Source: Ginkgo biloba (taxonomy: Eukaryota > Plantae > Ginkgophyta). From it: DNA of 32,703 nucleotides. A model generated the notes under the pieces. That model was not told the origin of the DNA, made no database searches, and worked only from the letters and a program-made list of their open reading frames with translations. Positions 1 through 13,260 of this stretch are shown here, piece by piece. The stretch covers positions 228,381,954 to 228,414,656 of the forward strand of contig JANKJI020000002.1 in the NCBI GenBank assembly GCA_024626585.2, written 5' to 3'. The translations under genes and the position numbers were made by a program. The stretch's first letter is position 1. Each line of letters begins with the position of its first letter.

Positions 1-1290
1 AGTATCGGCGTCATGCCAATACTCTGAGAGTATGTGTACTTTGAAATCTAATAATTCTACCTTCCCTTTCTTTTTTGCATTCGAGTATACATAAATGTGC
101 AAGCACATATTCACCCTCTCTTGCAACATCCTTTAAGTCTTTCAACATGAGACAATCTTTTTCTCATGATTCTCCTTGTAGATTCCACATTGAATCTCAA
201 GTGCATCAACTAGGCATTCATTGATTTGGCCAATGGTGCTAGTATAGTCAAGTCTAGCTTGTTGTTTTTTAATTCCAAGTTTGTTAATGTTGCTATTGAA
301 GATAATATCTTCTTATGCAGTCCATAAGAAGATTGCTTAATTTGGCGTAGTTTACTATTCCAGATCTGTCCCTATCTGACTCAAATTGGTGGGAATGCTA
401 CAACTTCAATCAACTTCCTCCCACCTCATTTCTTTCATGCCTAAGAGTATTGGAAACATAGCTTCTTAATGTCTTATAATGATATGGAAGACATGTTCCC
501 TATAGATATTAAATGGAGGCACATCCAGAAGTTAGGATTCATACGAACAAAGAATACTATCTTTAGAGTGGATTTTTTGTGGCCTACAAAAACATCTCCC
601 ACAACTTCAACAACTTTCATTATACCTACACACCTTCTGGGAGTTCTATAGCCTTGCAACGATGGTTGTATGGAAGATTTAGTGGTGTCTTCTGCTCACA
701 ATGGAGACCAATCTTCCTAATAGTAACGATGACCCTCCACAGTATTTAGAGAGTGGTATGACCCTGCACAGGTTGACCATAGTTTAATTAACCCTCTATG
801 GGTCTGCACAACCTCTTAGTAATGTCTAATGGCCTCAAGGGCCTTCACAGGGCTTCAAGGGTTCCACAGGATTCAAACAATGAACTGTAATGACCTATGA
901 CCTTCATCATAGACCTGAAGACCTTCATAGATAGATCTTCATGGATCCAAATCCCTTCAGACCATAAAATAATACAAAAATTCGCTATGTACACGTCCAA
1001 GAATTCCTCATGATAAGAACTCTTCATATCAAAACCATGTACAAGAATTCTTCAAAGTGACAATTCTTCACAACACCACATACAATCCTTAATAATACTG
1101 TAAGATCACTTATAGAATTTTCACAAACACCTTTAAGGATTTTTCATTAGATAATAATTTAAAAAACACGAAAAATTCAACCCAAAAGACTAAAAAAAAT
1201 ACTCACACGATTTGTAACACAACAAACCATAACCAATTCAAGCTCTGGGTTGGCCAAAGCTTTGATACCAAATGTAAATTATGAACACTA
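1..1290 (-). mobile_element. Decayed LTR retrotransposon (probably Ty3/gypsy): edge of 5' LTR, PBS, leader and gag remnant
   Basis: Degenerate tRNA-Met PBS complement gctttgatacca at 1259-1270, followed by aa and TGT (LTR edge at 1273). Minus-strand peptides LHLISIGNMSSISL*DIKKLCFQYS and KKILSSIATLTNLELKKQQ resemble gymnosperm-type gypsy gag from memory. Confidence 0.65.
1259..1270 (-). promoter_or_regulatory. Primer-binding site (tRNA-iMet type), one mismatch
   Basis: Minus strand reads tggtatcaaagc versus canonical tggtatcagagc, 2 nt from an LTR-like ...ACA end. Confidence 0.75.
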
Positions 1291-1390
1291 NNNNNNNNNN
1301 NNNNNNNNNNNNNNNNNNNNNNNNNNNNNNNNNNNNNNNNNNNNNNNNNNNNNNNNNNNNNNNNNNNNNNNNNNNNNNNNNNNNNNNNNN

Positions 1391-1436
1391 TGGACTATTG
1401 CAAACGTACACTTTTAACACAGATGATATAAACCAG
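1391..1436 (+). CDS. WDR53: WD40-repeat protein (WDR53-like), internal exon whose 5' end is lost in the N gap
   Basis: From 1392 reads GLLQTYTFNTDDINQ, then donor GTATGT at 1437 (phase 0). Matches the plant WDR53 segment of form (L)ESYNYNKDEVNQ and joins in frame to the 9154 exon. Confidence 0.85.
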
Positions 1437-3089
1437 GTATGTTCTTTTCATATTGCAATTTCAGATGGCTTGCATGTAGTTGAAATTCGTGAAGGATTCT
1501 TCCCAAGGTGTGGTGCAAGAATTTGGATTATAATGGAAAGAAATGACCATTCTACATAATGCACTTTCATGTGGTCAAGTTCCTGGCATTCAATCTTTGT
1601 GGATAGTGAATATTACATTAAAGCAGCAATATACAAAACAATAATTCCCTTGCCTCTTGGTTTCTCTTTCCAAATGAGACATTCATANNNNNNNNNNNNN
1701 NNNNNNNNNNNNNNNNNNNNNNNNNNNNNNNNNNNNNNNNNNNNNNNNNNNNNNNAATCCTGCATTAAAATCTATGCAGCTGTGAAAAAGGTTCTATTGA
1801 GAACAATCTTCAAGAAAAGATCCAAAGGCACAGGTCTTAGCAGCCTAGGAATCCTATCTAGCCTAGCTTGACCTAGTGCTGAAGGCATTAGTTGAGGTCA
1901 AACTACTTAATACAAAGTTAGTAGGTATATAATGGTTTGGAAGAAACACTAAAGTAAGCAAAGAAATTGAAGAATGATTGACAGAATAGTGGCTAGGCCA
2001 TACACAGATAAAAACTTGCTGATATTTTGCTTGGAATGCTTCATCCTTCTGCTCTTTATAAAACAATACTTAATATATACACACTGCAGAAACCACAATA
2101 CTGAAGACAATTCCCATTTTATTGGTGTATTCATGAATGACCAAGTCATTGATGGGCAGGCATACAAGCAACATGTTTTAAATATTCAAAGAATTATGAA
2201 AATCTCAAAAATTCCAGGAAAGCGGGCCTATAAACAATATTTTTGTAATATTCAAAGAAATTTATGAAAATCAGAATGAAACCCAAAGTTCTCTTTCAGC
2301 TAAACTAATCAATTTGAATCCATAAAACCCCAAGAGCTGACAATCATTGAACCTTTTCTGCTGTGTACAACAGGAGGCACATCCAGTGTATACAAGAGTG
2401 TGCATGTGTGTATGTAAACACACACATATCATATGTGTGTGTGCATACACACTAGTACATTCTCGTGGCCAATAGATTCTATATTATAATGTTTTAACAG
2501 GTCCTGGAATTTAATCATATCTAAAGAACATTTTAGTATTATTTGATCATATCATAATAATGTTTGAATATATTAGTTAATAAATGTATATCTGTTTTAT
2601 TTCAGATATGGATAAATGGTTGCATAGANNNNNNNNNNNNNNNNNNNNNNNNNNNNNNNNNNNNNNNNNNNNNNNNNNNNNNNNNNNNNNNNNNNNNNNN
2701 NNNNNNNNNNNNNNNNNNNNNNNNNNNNNNNNNNNNNNNNNNNNNNNNNNNNNNNNNNNNNNNNTATATGTATGTATATGTATGAAAAATGTATGTTACA
2801 TATAGGTAGCTAGGTGTGTAGGTATTTGAGATCCAATAAATTTTGAGAAATATGCCTCTATTTATGTATGTATGTATGCATGCATGCATAATTGTGTGTG
2901 TATGTAAACTAAAAGATGGATGGATGCTCAATTTGACTCACACAAAGGCGTCATTATACTAGCACAAAGCCTTTGCAAACAATTATCAAAAAATATTATT
3001 TTAATATTATTTTATTATATGCTTGTAATGTTTCTTAATATTTTATTATCTTAATATTATTATTTACTATTTAACAATATTTTGATATA

Positions 3090-3310
3090 ATTATAGTTAA
3101 TATTCAACTGACTATGGTTTAGTATTGAGTCAAGCATAGTTAATTATTAAGCAAACCACACTAAGTATTGAGCTGACCATAACTAATTGCTCATTTATAA
3201 AGTCAATTGCTTAACCCTAGTTGCGTTTAGCCGACTATGGATAAGCTTTGAATTGACCATAGTTGAGTATTCAACCAACCTTAGTTCAATATTGAACTAA
3301 CCACAATATG
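3090..3310. repeat. Decayed ~21-bp minisatellite
   Basis: Recurring units such as gactatggtttagtattgagt, gaccatagttgagtattcaac and aaccttagttcaatattgaac. Confidence 0.6.
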
Positions 3311-5178
3311 AGTTTGGATGGGTGATTGCTTAATGTTTAGATATAGGTACATGTGCACATATAAACTTGTACAAACCCGTAATAAACAATTGCCATGGCA
3401 ACATTTTAATATTATGCAATACTTTTAAATACATTATTTGGATTCTATCTATTATTTTATGAACCAAGGTTGGACATGAAAGTTATTTTTAATTAGATTA
3501 TAATCCACTTGAAAATAAAAAATATAATAGTATTATTCACAACCTTTCAAAGTTGCCTCGTGGAATCTATTAAATCAATTATAGAACTTTAACATAGGAG
3601 ATGGATGGGGTATGGATCCAAAGCTTTTTACTCAACTATATATTATACTAAGGAGTGAATGGATGTACAAGCATGTTTTTATTGTATATGGTAATATTTG
3701 TATAGAGACAAATACATACACATACCTACTACCACAAACCTATGACAAATAATTGCCACAATAATAACCTCACTATAATCGTATGGTTCAACAACCAATT
3801 AATAATATTCCATTACTATAATAAAAGTATTTCAATATTATTTTATTACTAGTTTTTATTATTTTATTATTTTAGTCTTATTCTATCATTATTTTATTTT
3901 TATTATATGACCTTAACATAAGGTCATATAAGTGTTATAATTAATTTAGATTAATTTACGATTGAATAAGGTTTCGGGTGAAAAATGATAAAGGGATCTA
4001 ATAAGCTTATGATATGAGATTTGCTTACCAACAAGGTATCCAATCCTTTTCTTGATTGTTTCTAGCGATTCTAGTGCCTCCTTGGTCTCTTAAATGTTCA
4101 TATAGTCTTTAGATCAAAGTTGTCGAAAATCTATTTTAAGCTTTATGGTTTTTGGACTGCTTCCAATAGCCCTCTTTTTAAATTCTACTTCTATTAAAAC
4201 CTGAGGTTGGAAAATTGTACAATANNNNNNNNNNNNNNNNNNNNNNNNNNNNNNNNNNNNNNNNNNNNNNNNNNNNNNNNNNNNNNNNNNNNNNNNNNNN
4301 NNNNNNNNNNNNNNNNNNNNNNNNNNNNNNNNNNNNNNNNNNNNNNNNNNNNNNNNNNNNNNNNNNNNNNNNNNNNNNNNNNNNNNNNNNNNNNNNNNNN
4401 NNNNNNNNNNNNNNNNNNNNNNNNNNNNNNNNNNNNNNNNNNNNNNNNNNNNNNNNNNNNNNNNNNNNNNNNNNNNNNNNNNNNNNNNNNNNNNNNNNNN
4501 NNNNNNNNNNNNNNNNNNNNNNNNNNNNNNNNNNNNNNNNNNNNNNNNNNNNNNNNNNNNNNNNNNNNNNNNNNNNNNNNNNNNNNNNNNNNNNNNNNNN
4601 NNNNNNNNNNNNNNNNNNNNNNNNNNNNNNNNNNNNNNNNNNNNNNNNNNNNNNNNNNNNNNNNNNNNNNNNNNNNNNNNNNNNNNNNNNNNNNNNNNNN
4701 NNNNNNNNNNNNNNNNNNNNNNNNNNNNNNNNNNNNNNNNNNNNNNNNNNNNNNNNNNNNNNNNNNNNNNNNNNNNNNNNNNNNNNNNNNNNNNNNNNNN
4801 NNNNNNNNNNNNNNNNNNNNNNNNNNNNNNNNNNNNNNNNNNNNNNNNNNNNNNNNNNNNNNNNNNNNNNNNNNNNNNNNNNNNNNNNNNNNNNNNNNNN
4901 NNNNNNNNNNNNNNNNNNNNNNNNNNNNNNNNNNNNNNNNNNNNNNNNNNNNNNNNNNNNNNNNNNNNNNNNNNNNNNNNNNNNNNNNNNNNNNNNNNNN
5001 NNNNNNNNNNNNNNNNNNNNNNNNNNNNNNNNNNNNNNNNNNNNNNNNNNNNNNNNNNNNNNNNNNNNNNNNNNNNNNNNNNNNNNNNNNNNNNNNNNNN
5101 NNNNNNNNNNNNNNNNNNNNNNNNNNNNNNNNNNNNNNNNNNNNNNNNNNNNNNNNNNNNNNNNNNNNNNNNNNNNNN

Positions 5179-6306
5179 TTAGTATTCTAGCCCTAAGTGG
5201 GGGCCCACTCTTACGTTTTTATAGGATATGACCGCTTACTTTGAAGCTATTAAGATGGGCTATTTTTCTAGATACTTGTTCTCATCAAATAATATTGTTT
5301 CTTGTCCTTTAAGGGTGACATAATCTATGATAGATTCAAATTAAATACAATTTGATTGATTTAGGGAGTTTGGTAGAGATAGAATGCATCTTAAGTTTTG
5401 CGATGATCATGTTGTAACATCTCTCCCTACTCCCTTATGTTGATTACCCTCAATGAGCTGCTATACTCCTTGCATTTATCTCATCTCTTATGTGGACAAT
5501 CCTTTTCTCCATGCCCTTTGCCTTTACATATAAAGCATAGGTTATTTTGTAGACATTTTCTATTGTCTTCATTAGTTAACCAAGGAATTTGGTGTTATGT
5601 GTAAAAGTCTTGCCCCTATACTTGCAACACAAATAGCATTTGAAACATGCACCTATTAGACACTTATTCATAAATGATGATTATGCATGCATCCTAGGGT
5701 ACATGGGCAAGACTGCTAAACCTAAGGGATAGTGGCATGGAGACTAAGCATCCATTGTAGGCCTTGGTAACGACCTAAAGGGCTTATTGGGTTTGAGACA
5801 AACCTTTGGTGGCATCCTTGTGCACACCATCAGTGCCTAGCAACTATTAACGATCTGCTCGACTCCACCCCTTCATCGAATGTCACAATGGTGCCAAGCC
5901 ATAAGTATCATTTTAACCCATCTTTGGCACTAGTAGGCCTAGATAGGCTCTACCCCTAACTAGTAGCGTTTAATTATATTAATTGAAGGAACCTTTCTTG
6001 TAGGTATCCTTTCAACCCATTTATGTTAATTCATGGGACCAATGACTAATAATCCAGTGGGTATCCTTTTGACCCAATACTCAATTCGGGTATCTTTCAA
6101 CCCATATGGCTGACAAAATTAAGGGGTATCCTTCCAACCCAATAGCCATACCATCATCTCGTGTATATCTCAATTTGTTGTAAGTTATACATAAATAAGC
6201 CCATCCATAATGCAAAAACTAAAAGGGCTATCACCTCCTCCAATGGATTTTCCATGTAGACACATTCCACTCTATGGTCAAGACCTAGGGTTTGGATAAT
6301 AGTAGT
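5179..6306 (-). mobile_element. Decayed LTR retrotransposon gag (zinc knuckle) and downstream region
   Basis: Intact CX2CX4HX4C knuckle CFICKGKGHGEKDC at 5537-5496 on the minus strand. Low-complexity repeats lie upstream and there are many stops. Confidence 0.75.
6003..6143. repeat. Four copies of a ~17-bp motif ggtatcctttcaaccca inside the gag region
   Basis: Copies near 6003, 6060, 6089 and 6126 with 1-2 differences each. Confidence 0.7.
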
Positions 6307-9153
6307 NNNNNNNNNNNNNNNNNNNNNNNNNNNNNNNNNNNNNNNNNNNNNNNNNNNNNNNNNNNNNNNNNNNNNNNNNNNNNNNNNNNNNNNNNNNNNN
6401 ATATCAACCATTAAACCCTCACAAAGATTTGTACTTTACATTAATGATATGTCTATCATCTTGGCTTGAAAAAAAAAGCTTCGAGAAAATGTTGTGAACT
6501 CGAAGCTTCGAAGATGGGGCAGGAGATTTAGAGTGGGAGGTGTTTCTTTCGCATGAAAGCAAGTTAAGAGATTTGATTTGTAGGTAGGTAGGCTTCAAAT
6601 TTCCTTCCATGGCCACTGCGGAGCCATTTGGCTCTTCGTAGGTTGGTGTTCAAACTATCACACCCACTGAAGCTCAAACCAAGGTGTAGACAGGGCAAGA
6701 TGGTACCCAACCGAGCTAGAAAATTTGTACCCAAGGTATTCCATGAGGTGAGTNNNNNNNNNNNNNNNNNNNNNNNNNNNNNNNNNNNNNNNNNNNNNNN
6801 NNNNNNNNNNNNNNNNNNNNNNNNNNNNNNNNNNNNNNNNNNNNNNNNNNNNNCTTATTTATACATATCTTGCGACACTTTTGCTCTTTTGGGCTACTTT
6901 TCTAGGCCAACATGTTGCTCCCTTAGGACGACTAAAATTCATTTCTAGCTATTAGAAATTCATGTGTGGTTTAAAGGTTCGAGCCTTTCTTACTATCTTA
7001 GCCCTTGTTGGGGTCCTCTTTTACCTCTATATAGGCTTATGACCTCTCTATAAATAAGCAAGAGGCTATTGGAGTCAACATGATAGCTAAGAAGGTAACA
7101 AAAGGCCTAAAAGTTGGTTAGAAAAGCTTCTACTTCTTAGGGATGCCCTAGAAGTCGACCAAAATTCTATGAGGATGACTTAAGGAGCACCTTCGACCTT
7201 AAAGTTGGTTCAAGGTTTAAAGGGGCCGACAACTAAGGGACAATTTTCTAAGCAAAACCTAGTTTAGCTAGAGAAAAGAGGCACCTATTGCATATACAAA
7301 GGACATAGGGCTTTGAGTTTACTGATATTCAACAAAATTTTCTTCTAATGCATCCTTCTCTCACATCATCTTTGTTATTTGCTACTTGTAGCAATAGTTT
7401 CCTCAACGACTTGGAATTTTGGTTGATTTTTGANNNNNNNNNNNNNNNNNNNNNNNNTGGGAGGCTTCAGAGAAGTAGTGACCTATCTTGAAAAGTTTAG
7501 AATTGCAATTGCCCTAAAGAAAATTTAGTTGCCATGGTATCGAGATTACATTTTAGCATTTTGCAATAGTTTGGGGTCAGATTTTGGCTACAATTGGATT
7601 TGAGGCACTTGTCAACTTTGGCTTAGCATGTTAAGATTTGCCTCATCAAGATGGTTTGGTAAAGATGTAATACTTGGCACATTGCACTCTCCACGGAGGT
7701 TTGAGGTCAATTTTTGTAAATTGCTCTATTGTTGGAAGTAGTCCCTACAATTCATTTTGCAGGTGAGAGAAGAATTTGAGCCAAGAAGCAGTTTACCCCC
7801 ATGAAAATTGGGCCAAAACTTTTGCACGCATGTGGAATTGGGGCAGATGATTAGTTCAGTAGAGTATAATGGTAATGACCTGCTCAAAAGCTCCTGACAC
7901 AGGGTTTGCTAGGTTGTAGAAGACACTAGACCTGCAGATTGAAGTTGAAAAGCGGTTGGAAACCTCATTTGGTAAGATTTTATCTTACATTATGTCATTT
8001 TGAAGGGCATTTTGTTAGTCTAACAATTCTACAATGCAAGCAACTGACTATTGAATGGAACTATTAGGTCTTGCATGATTTGTTTACAAAGATTGTCATA
8101 TTCAACCATAGATTATATAAACAAAAGTCTATTGNNNNNNNNNNNNNNNNNNNNNNNNNNNNNNNNNNNNNNNTGACCTTCAAATATGGCCCATTAAAAG
8201 GAATGGGAGTGAAGTCATGAGGATTACACAATTTTATTATGGCATGAACAAATATAATGCGGGGATTGGATTCCTAGAACCACAAGCAACAAGGATGGAT
8301 TTTGTAGATGTTTCAAGGGATGATGCTTGTACGTAAAGGGTATGGTATTCCCTAATAGATGATGTAGGGTGGCTCTAGGACATCATCTAACATGCAAGTT
8401 TCTTCAAGTCCTGCATGATTTCATCATGTTGCATAAGCCGATACCTCAAAAACATACTTCAGGTGCATTGCATCATAGAGTAGAATGCTTGATTGTACTA
8501 ATATTTGCAGTGAGTGGAGAATTGATGCAGTTTCTACAAGTAGTGCTTGGGGTGTCGTTAACATATAACAATCTTATCATGAGTTTTCAAGAATTCTAAG
8601 GTTACGGTTAATCCTTTCAAATCTTCTCCTCGCTCTTCCAGAGAAACCAAAAGAATATTGAAATCGAGGCAGGGTGCAAGTGCTAGACTCTTCACAATCA
8701 CGTTGATGCAAGAAACAGTGAGAGCAAAGTTTTATATTTGCTATTCCTCTTTTCAATATAAATTGCAGGCCCACATTTGCTTGATGAGCTGGTGATTCTA
8801 GCTTCTTCTCAATGCTGATGAGCGACTTCCTGCAGACTTTCCANNNNNNNNNNTTGATCAATGTTTTCTTTTAAGACTAAGTATTCTTAGTAGTGTTGTC
8901 TTTAATGAGATGATTGAAGAAAACATAAAGATATCTGAATGGCAATAGTAGTGTGGAGATCTTAATTAGCTTCCTTACATATTTGAAGTTTTGTTATGAA
9001 CCCAAATTCTAATCCTTGATTTGGTTGGATTTGTTGTACATCTCTGTGTAAAATGAAAAAAACTGAGCACATTAATGTGTCATGATAGCAACACTGCCCC
9101 TTCTTTGTCGAATTTATTATGCTCTTTGATCTTTACTGTAATCTTGAATGCAG

Positions 9154-9213
9154 ATAACTTTGAACCAAAAGTCATCATATCTTGCGGCTGCAGATGACAG
9201 TGGAGAAGTAAAA
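9154..9213 (+). CDS. WDR53: WD40-repeat protein (WDR53-like), internal exon
   Basis: Acceptor tgcag ends 9153. The 60 nt read ITLNQKSSYLAAADDSGEVK, followed by donor GTATGC at 9214. LAAADDSGEVK is the conserved WDR53-family motif. Confidence 0.93.
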
Positions 9214-10539
9214 GTATGCATGCATCGCACTCTTCACATGTGTTTACTTAGTTTGGATCTTGTACTTTGATGACAGGAAAGAAAATTAGTCCTAGACAGG
9301 AGCTTTGTTTGTGAGTATTGCCATTGTTTCTTGACAGAAACTAACTTACTTGAGGATGTAAAAATCACTTTTTGAAATGTATATGGGAACACGTTTTTTA
9401 TTCCCGTTATGAATAAACGTGGGACTTTCGAATCAATTGTGTTTCATTTTCTATGGCAGAAGAATAATTACCTTTAGTACACTTGCTAGTATTAAAAAGG
9501 GCCGGGATATATGTATATATTTCTTTCTTCATAAGAGAAGGTTGTGATAAAATTTTTCCTTTTAAAGGAAAGGAGACATTCTAAATCAGCAGGCTTAAAA
9601 GATCAGAAGCATGAAAACGTAAACTCCGTTACAAAGCAAAGATATGCTGCTGCTTGGTATCTCTTACAACTTGTAATCTTCACATTCTTGTGATTTTTCT
9701 ACTTAAGGTGTGAAGAAAATGTTGTCACAATTAATTTGGAACTGGAAGCATTGTTTCTACATTTACAACATCAAAATACCTCTTCTTATATTTTAAGGGT
9801 CCTCCAAAATCCACTCATTTTTGAAACCATGATTGCCGAGTGATAAAGCATGGATGATGTTTGAAGTCTTATAAATTGCACCGTCAACTTACCAGGGTTA
9901 GCAAACAGGGAATGCAGAACAGTTGAAATGGATATCCAGTTACATGGAGTACTTTTATTTTTCCACAGGCTACTGCAAGTGATGAATTTGTGGACAGTTT
10001 CAAATGATGTGTTTGAGCATTGCATGTCTTATGCAATGCACAAGTTGCAAATGGTTATATATATCACCATCTTGCNNNNNNNNNNNNNNNNNNNNNNNNN
10101 NNNNNNNNNNNNNNNNNNNNNNNNNNNNNNNNNNNNNNNNNNNNNNNNNNNNNNNNNNNNNNNNNNNNNNNNNNNGATCTAGTTGTGTGAGTGTTTATCT
10201 TAAGGTGTTCGACCTGTGTGATTAAACCCTGTTTTCGAACAATGTTAGCTCTATTGTTAATTTAATTGGGTATCCAAGATAAGTTTTTTGCCTATTGCTC
10301 CTTCTGGGCAGTTGGATGACGGGAGCAGGTTACAAACTCTTTTAGACACCCTTGGTCTCCATGCCATCATAAATTGGGCTTTAATACCATTACAAAACAT
10401 TCACACTTGCATTCCTTTTCTATCATCAAGTTCTACTTTGTAGGTCACATTCATCTTAATTGCAGCAAGGGCAAGCTATTATTCAACTTGGTATTAAACA
10501 AATTAAATGATGTATCCTATATCAATAACAACAATAATA

Positions 10540-12612
10540 TCATCACCTTAACATAACATTCAAATGTAAACTAAGCTCCTAGGTCCACCACTAGAGCACA
10601 AGGATGCTTATCATTATCTTTGCCCCACCCAAAGGACATATTTGAAGGCTTTGGTCCATTGCTCTCTTATGTAACCATCTTGGTGGTGGACTCCTACCCA
10701 TTCCTATTTGAGGAGATGGTTTCAAAGAAAAGAGCATCTTGCCATCCTTAGAAGGGAAGGAAGAGATCTAAACTACGATAGGTCCCTACCACCTGAGGGA
10801 GGTATACTCCTGCTTCTAACAATTCCTTTGTCTCATTTAATAACCCCTTTAGGCATCTTCTTTGGCATGATTAAGGGTCACCCTACTAGTACTGTGTGGG
10901 GCATTGTTCTAGTGCTCAATCGACTTTATTAAGTGTGATAGTTTAGCCTATGCTTTTCTTCATTGATTTTGGATTTGCAAAGCCTAGTTAGTAAGAAGCA
11001 TTGAACAATTGTAATTAGATAGCATACAAGGAGTCTTCTCTTACCAAAAGTAGTTAATTTTTGAACTTTCCAAATATAATACACAAGTTCCGCTCTCAGA
11101 ATGTTCTAGGTAGTATAGGTAGTTGGAGAGTACTACTTAAAGTCTCCTAAAAGTGTAGAGGCCCAATGGAGAGGATGCCAAGATTTTGGTTTGGTGAAAA
11201 CATAGACCCGATCCTAAAACTCTTTGCCCATGGACATGATTTGAGCAAATGCGTTATGGTCTCATCCTTTTCACAAAAAGTGTAGAAAGTAAGGGGCGAT
11301 CACATCTTTTGGAGCTTTGCTCCAATCACTAAGCCATGATGCATGAAAGACCAAGCAAAGAAGGTTACTTTTATTGTTCTATTAGTCTTTCCATAGTCTT
11401 TGAAGCCTCCTATGCCAAATGAAGTGATAGATGTCCATTTTCAAAGATCTGTTGAGCCTCTAGACAACCTCTTATCCAAAATTTAGGCGAGAATAGGTCT
11501 TGGAGGTAGATATATCTTCAGTGGTTGCTTTTGGTTCCAACACCAATCTTTCCATCATTCCTTAGGGGTGTAATACCAAGTTTGGAGATAAGGGCTTATG
11601 GAATGTTTGTCATGAACTTGACTATAGCTATTTTATTAAAGGAAATCAATCTCCTTAGCTCTAATTTCCTTCCAGGTCAACCAATCTCCAGAGATGGGGT
11701 TGTATAAATATGCATTAGTTTTGATGCCCTTTTTGAATAGTGAAAAAAGGCTTGCACTAGAGAGTGTGCCCTAAAGGGTTATTATCAATGGAAAATAGAA
11801 GGGACCACAAGATAGAGGACTCGTTACTAGAAAGTCCTTCTCTTCGAGCTTCCCCCTTCCACCTTGAAAGTTTCTTGCAAGCCTTCTAGGCCTTCCAAAT
11901 GCTTTTGAAATAAAGGTGCCTACTAGTGGTGGTAGTGCTAGGGTGAGAATGAGATCCTACAAAGCAAGATTAGAACTCATTAGAATATTGTTCTCAATGA
12001 CAACATTCCAAGCTTCATTATTGGTTACAACTCTTGCTATCCATTTGGTGCATACGACAATCCATTGTTTTCGAATGTTGATTATGCCACGTCTCCTCAT
12101 CCCGTACAAGGGAGAAACAAATATTGCATGTAATCTTTTGAAAGCCTTTTTGGCCTTTTTGCAGAGGCTGAAAGAAAGGATCCAACTTAAGCATTGGAAG
12201 ATAGAATACAATAAGAAAAATAAATATGAGTAGCTACTAAGTCTTTGGCGCAAATATGAAACTCAACTGCTAGAGACATGGGTATGTGTTACATCCTAGA
12301 AAAACCAAGTAAGGCTTGCCTTGAAATATGTAAAAGAGGTATGTTAAATAGTGAAGACAATACTTGTCTATTGCAGTTATTGATTAATTGATTGGAGAGA
12401 GTTGTAAGGGGAGAGAAAAAGGGAAAGATAAGCTCCCTAAGGTTAATCTAGAGTAGGGTGACTCCAATTGAATAGTGACATGCATCATTCAACATTGTAG
12501 AAGGGTTCTTAGGGATTAGGGCATCTCCAAGGATAGGCCCAACCCTTTCGTAGTAGGTTGTGCCCAGTTATTTCTACATATATAGAGTTGGCTATGGGCT
12601 TGAGCAACTATT
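10540..12612 (-). mobile_element. Decayed L1-type LINE, ORF2 C-terminal half (post-RT region and zf-RVT)
   Basis: Minus-strand peptides GIINIRKQWIVVCTKWIARVVTNNEAWNVVIENN (~12080-11980) and KVTFFAWSFMHHGLVIGAKLQK..FCEKDETITHLLKSCPWAK (~11370-11220, zf-RVT-like), then CYIWKV. Boundaries approximate. Confidence 0.85.
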
Positions 12613-12712
12613 NNNNNNNNNNNNNNNNNNNNNNNNNNNNNNNNNNNNNNNNNNNNNNNNNNNNNNNNNNNNNNNNNNNNNNNNNNNNNNNNNNNNNNNN
12701 NNNNNNNNNNNN

Positions 12713-13260
12713 ATTAAACATGTCGCCCATTATGCTCTTACTAATCGATGCTTGGGACATCTGAAGAAGGTCGTCCACAATTATCTTCATTTTCAAAATC
12801 AAATGAATAAAAAACCTTTGGTGAGACTCTTGATGGAATGCACCTTGCATCCATGATCTTCCACTACTCTAACCTATGCCTTAAGCATGGCCTTTGGAGG
12901 AGAATGATCTACAAAGTAACCAACTCTTTGACAAGAGGCTAAATCATATGCAGCAAACTCAAAAACAAGTGGATCAATCATAATGTCAGGATTTGTGAAT
13001 TCGCATTATCTAAGACCTTCCGGATTATCTTGCAAGCATGCTTGTGCATCGTTTGTACAAGCTTCAAGAGCAGCTTTAGAATTCACAGATGTAACATGCA
13101 GAGGTGATTCAGAATGAGGAGATGTTGCCATATTGGCAAAACCAAGCCACCCCAAATGGTGGAGTAATGGGTTCTGACCAGGTGAATGCTCAAAACAAGT
13201 AATAGTATCAGTAGGTTTCAGCACTAAGGGAGGGTCAGATAATCCAAACTCAAATGTAAT
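12713..13260 (-). mobile_element. Decayed L1-type LINE ORF1 (DUF4283-like N-terminal part)
   Basis: The frame of ORF 13224-13006 continues past the stop as CEFTNPDIMIDPLVFEFAAYDLASCQRVGYFVDHSPPKAMLKA*VRVVEDHGCKVHSIKSLTKGFLFI, a DUF4283-like pattern. It may belong to the same element as 10540-12612 across the gap. Confidence 0.7.

Noticed and set aside
2155-2275. ~67-bp imperfect tandem duplication containing aatattcaaagaa..atgaaaatc
   Set aside because: It is real but an ordinary local intronic duplication with no sign of function.
2406-2452. Hairpin acacacacatat-c-atatgtgtgtgt as a miRNA precursor
   Set aside because: It is explained by opposed CA/TG microsatellites and is too short and low in complexity.
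4207-5231. 327-aa and 338-aa ORFs, and similar X-filled ORFs at 19842-20184 and 29537-30242
   Set aside because: They are artefacts of translating through N gaps.
6003-6143. CRISPR-like repeat-spacer pattern
   Set aside because: The repeats are short and degenerate with irregular spacing, lie within a retrotransposon gag region in eukaryotic DNA, and have no cas genes nearby.
9405-9470. tgg gac ttt (WDF) as one of the missing WD40 exons
   Set aside because: There is an in-frame stop two codons upstream, no GGLD context, and no suitable splice sites.
9786-10025. 79-aa minus ORF with a vague zinc-finger or LINE-end look
   Set aside because: No diagnostic motif could be confirmed.
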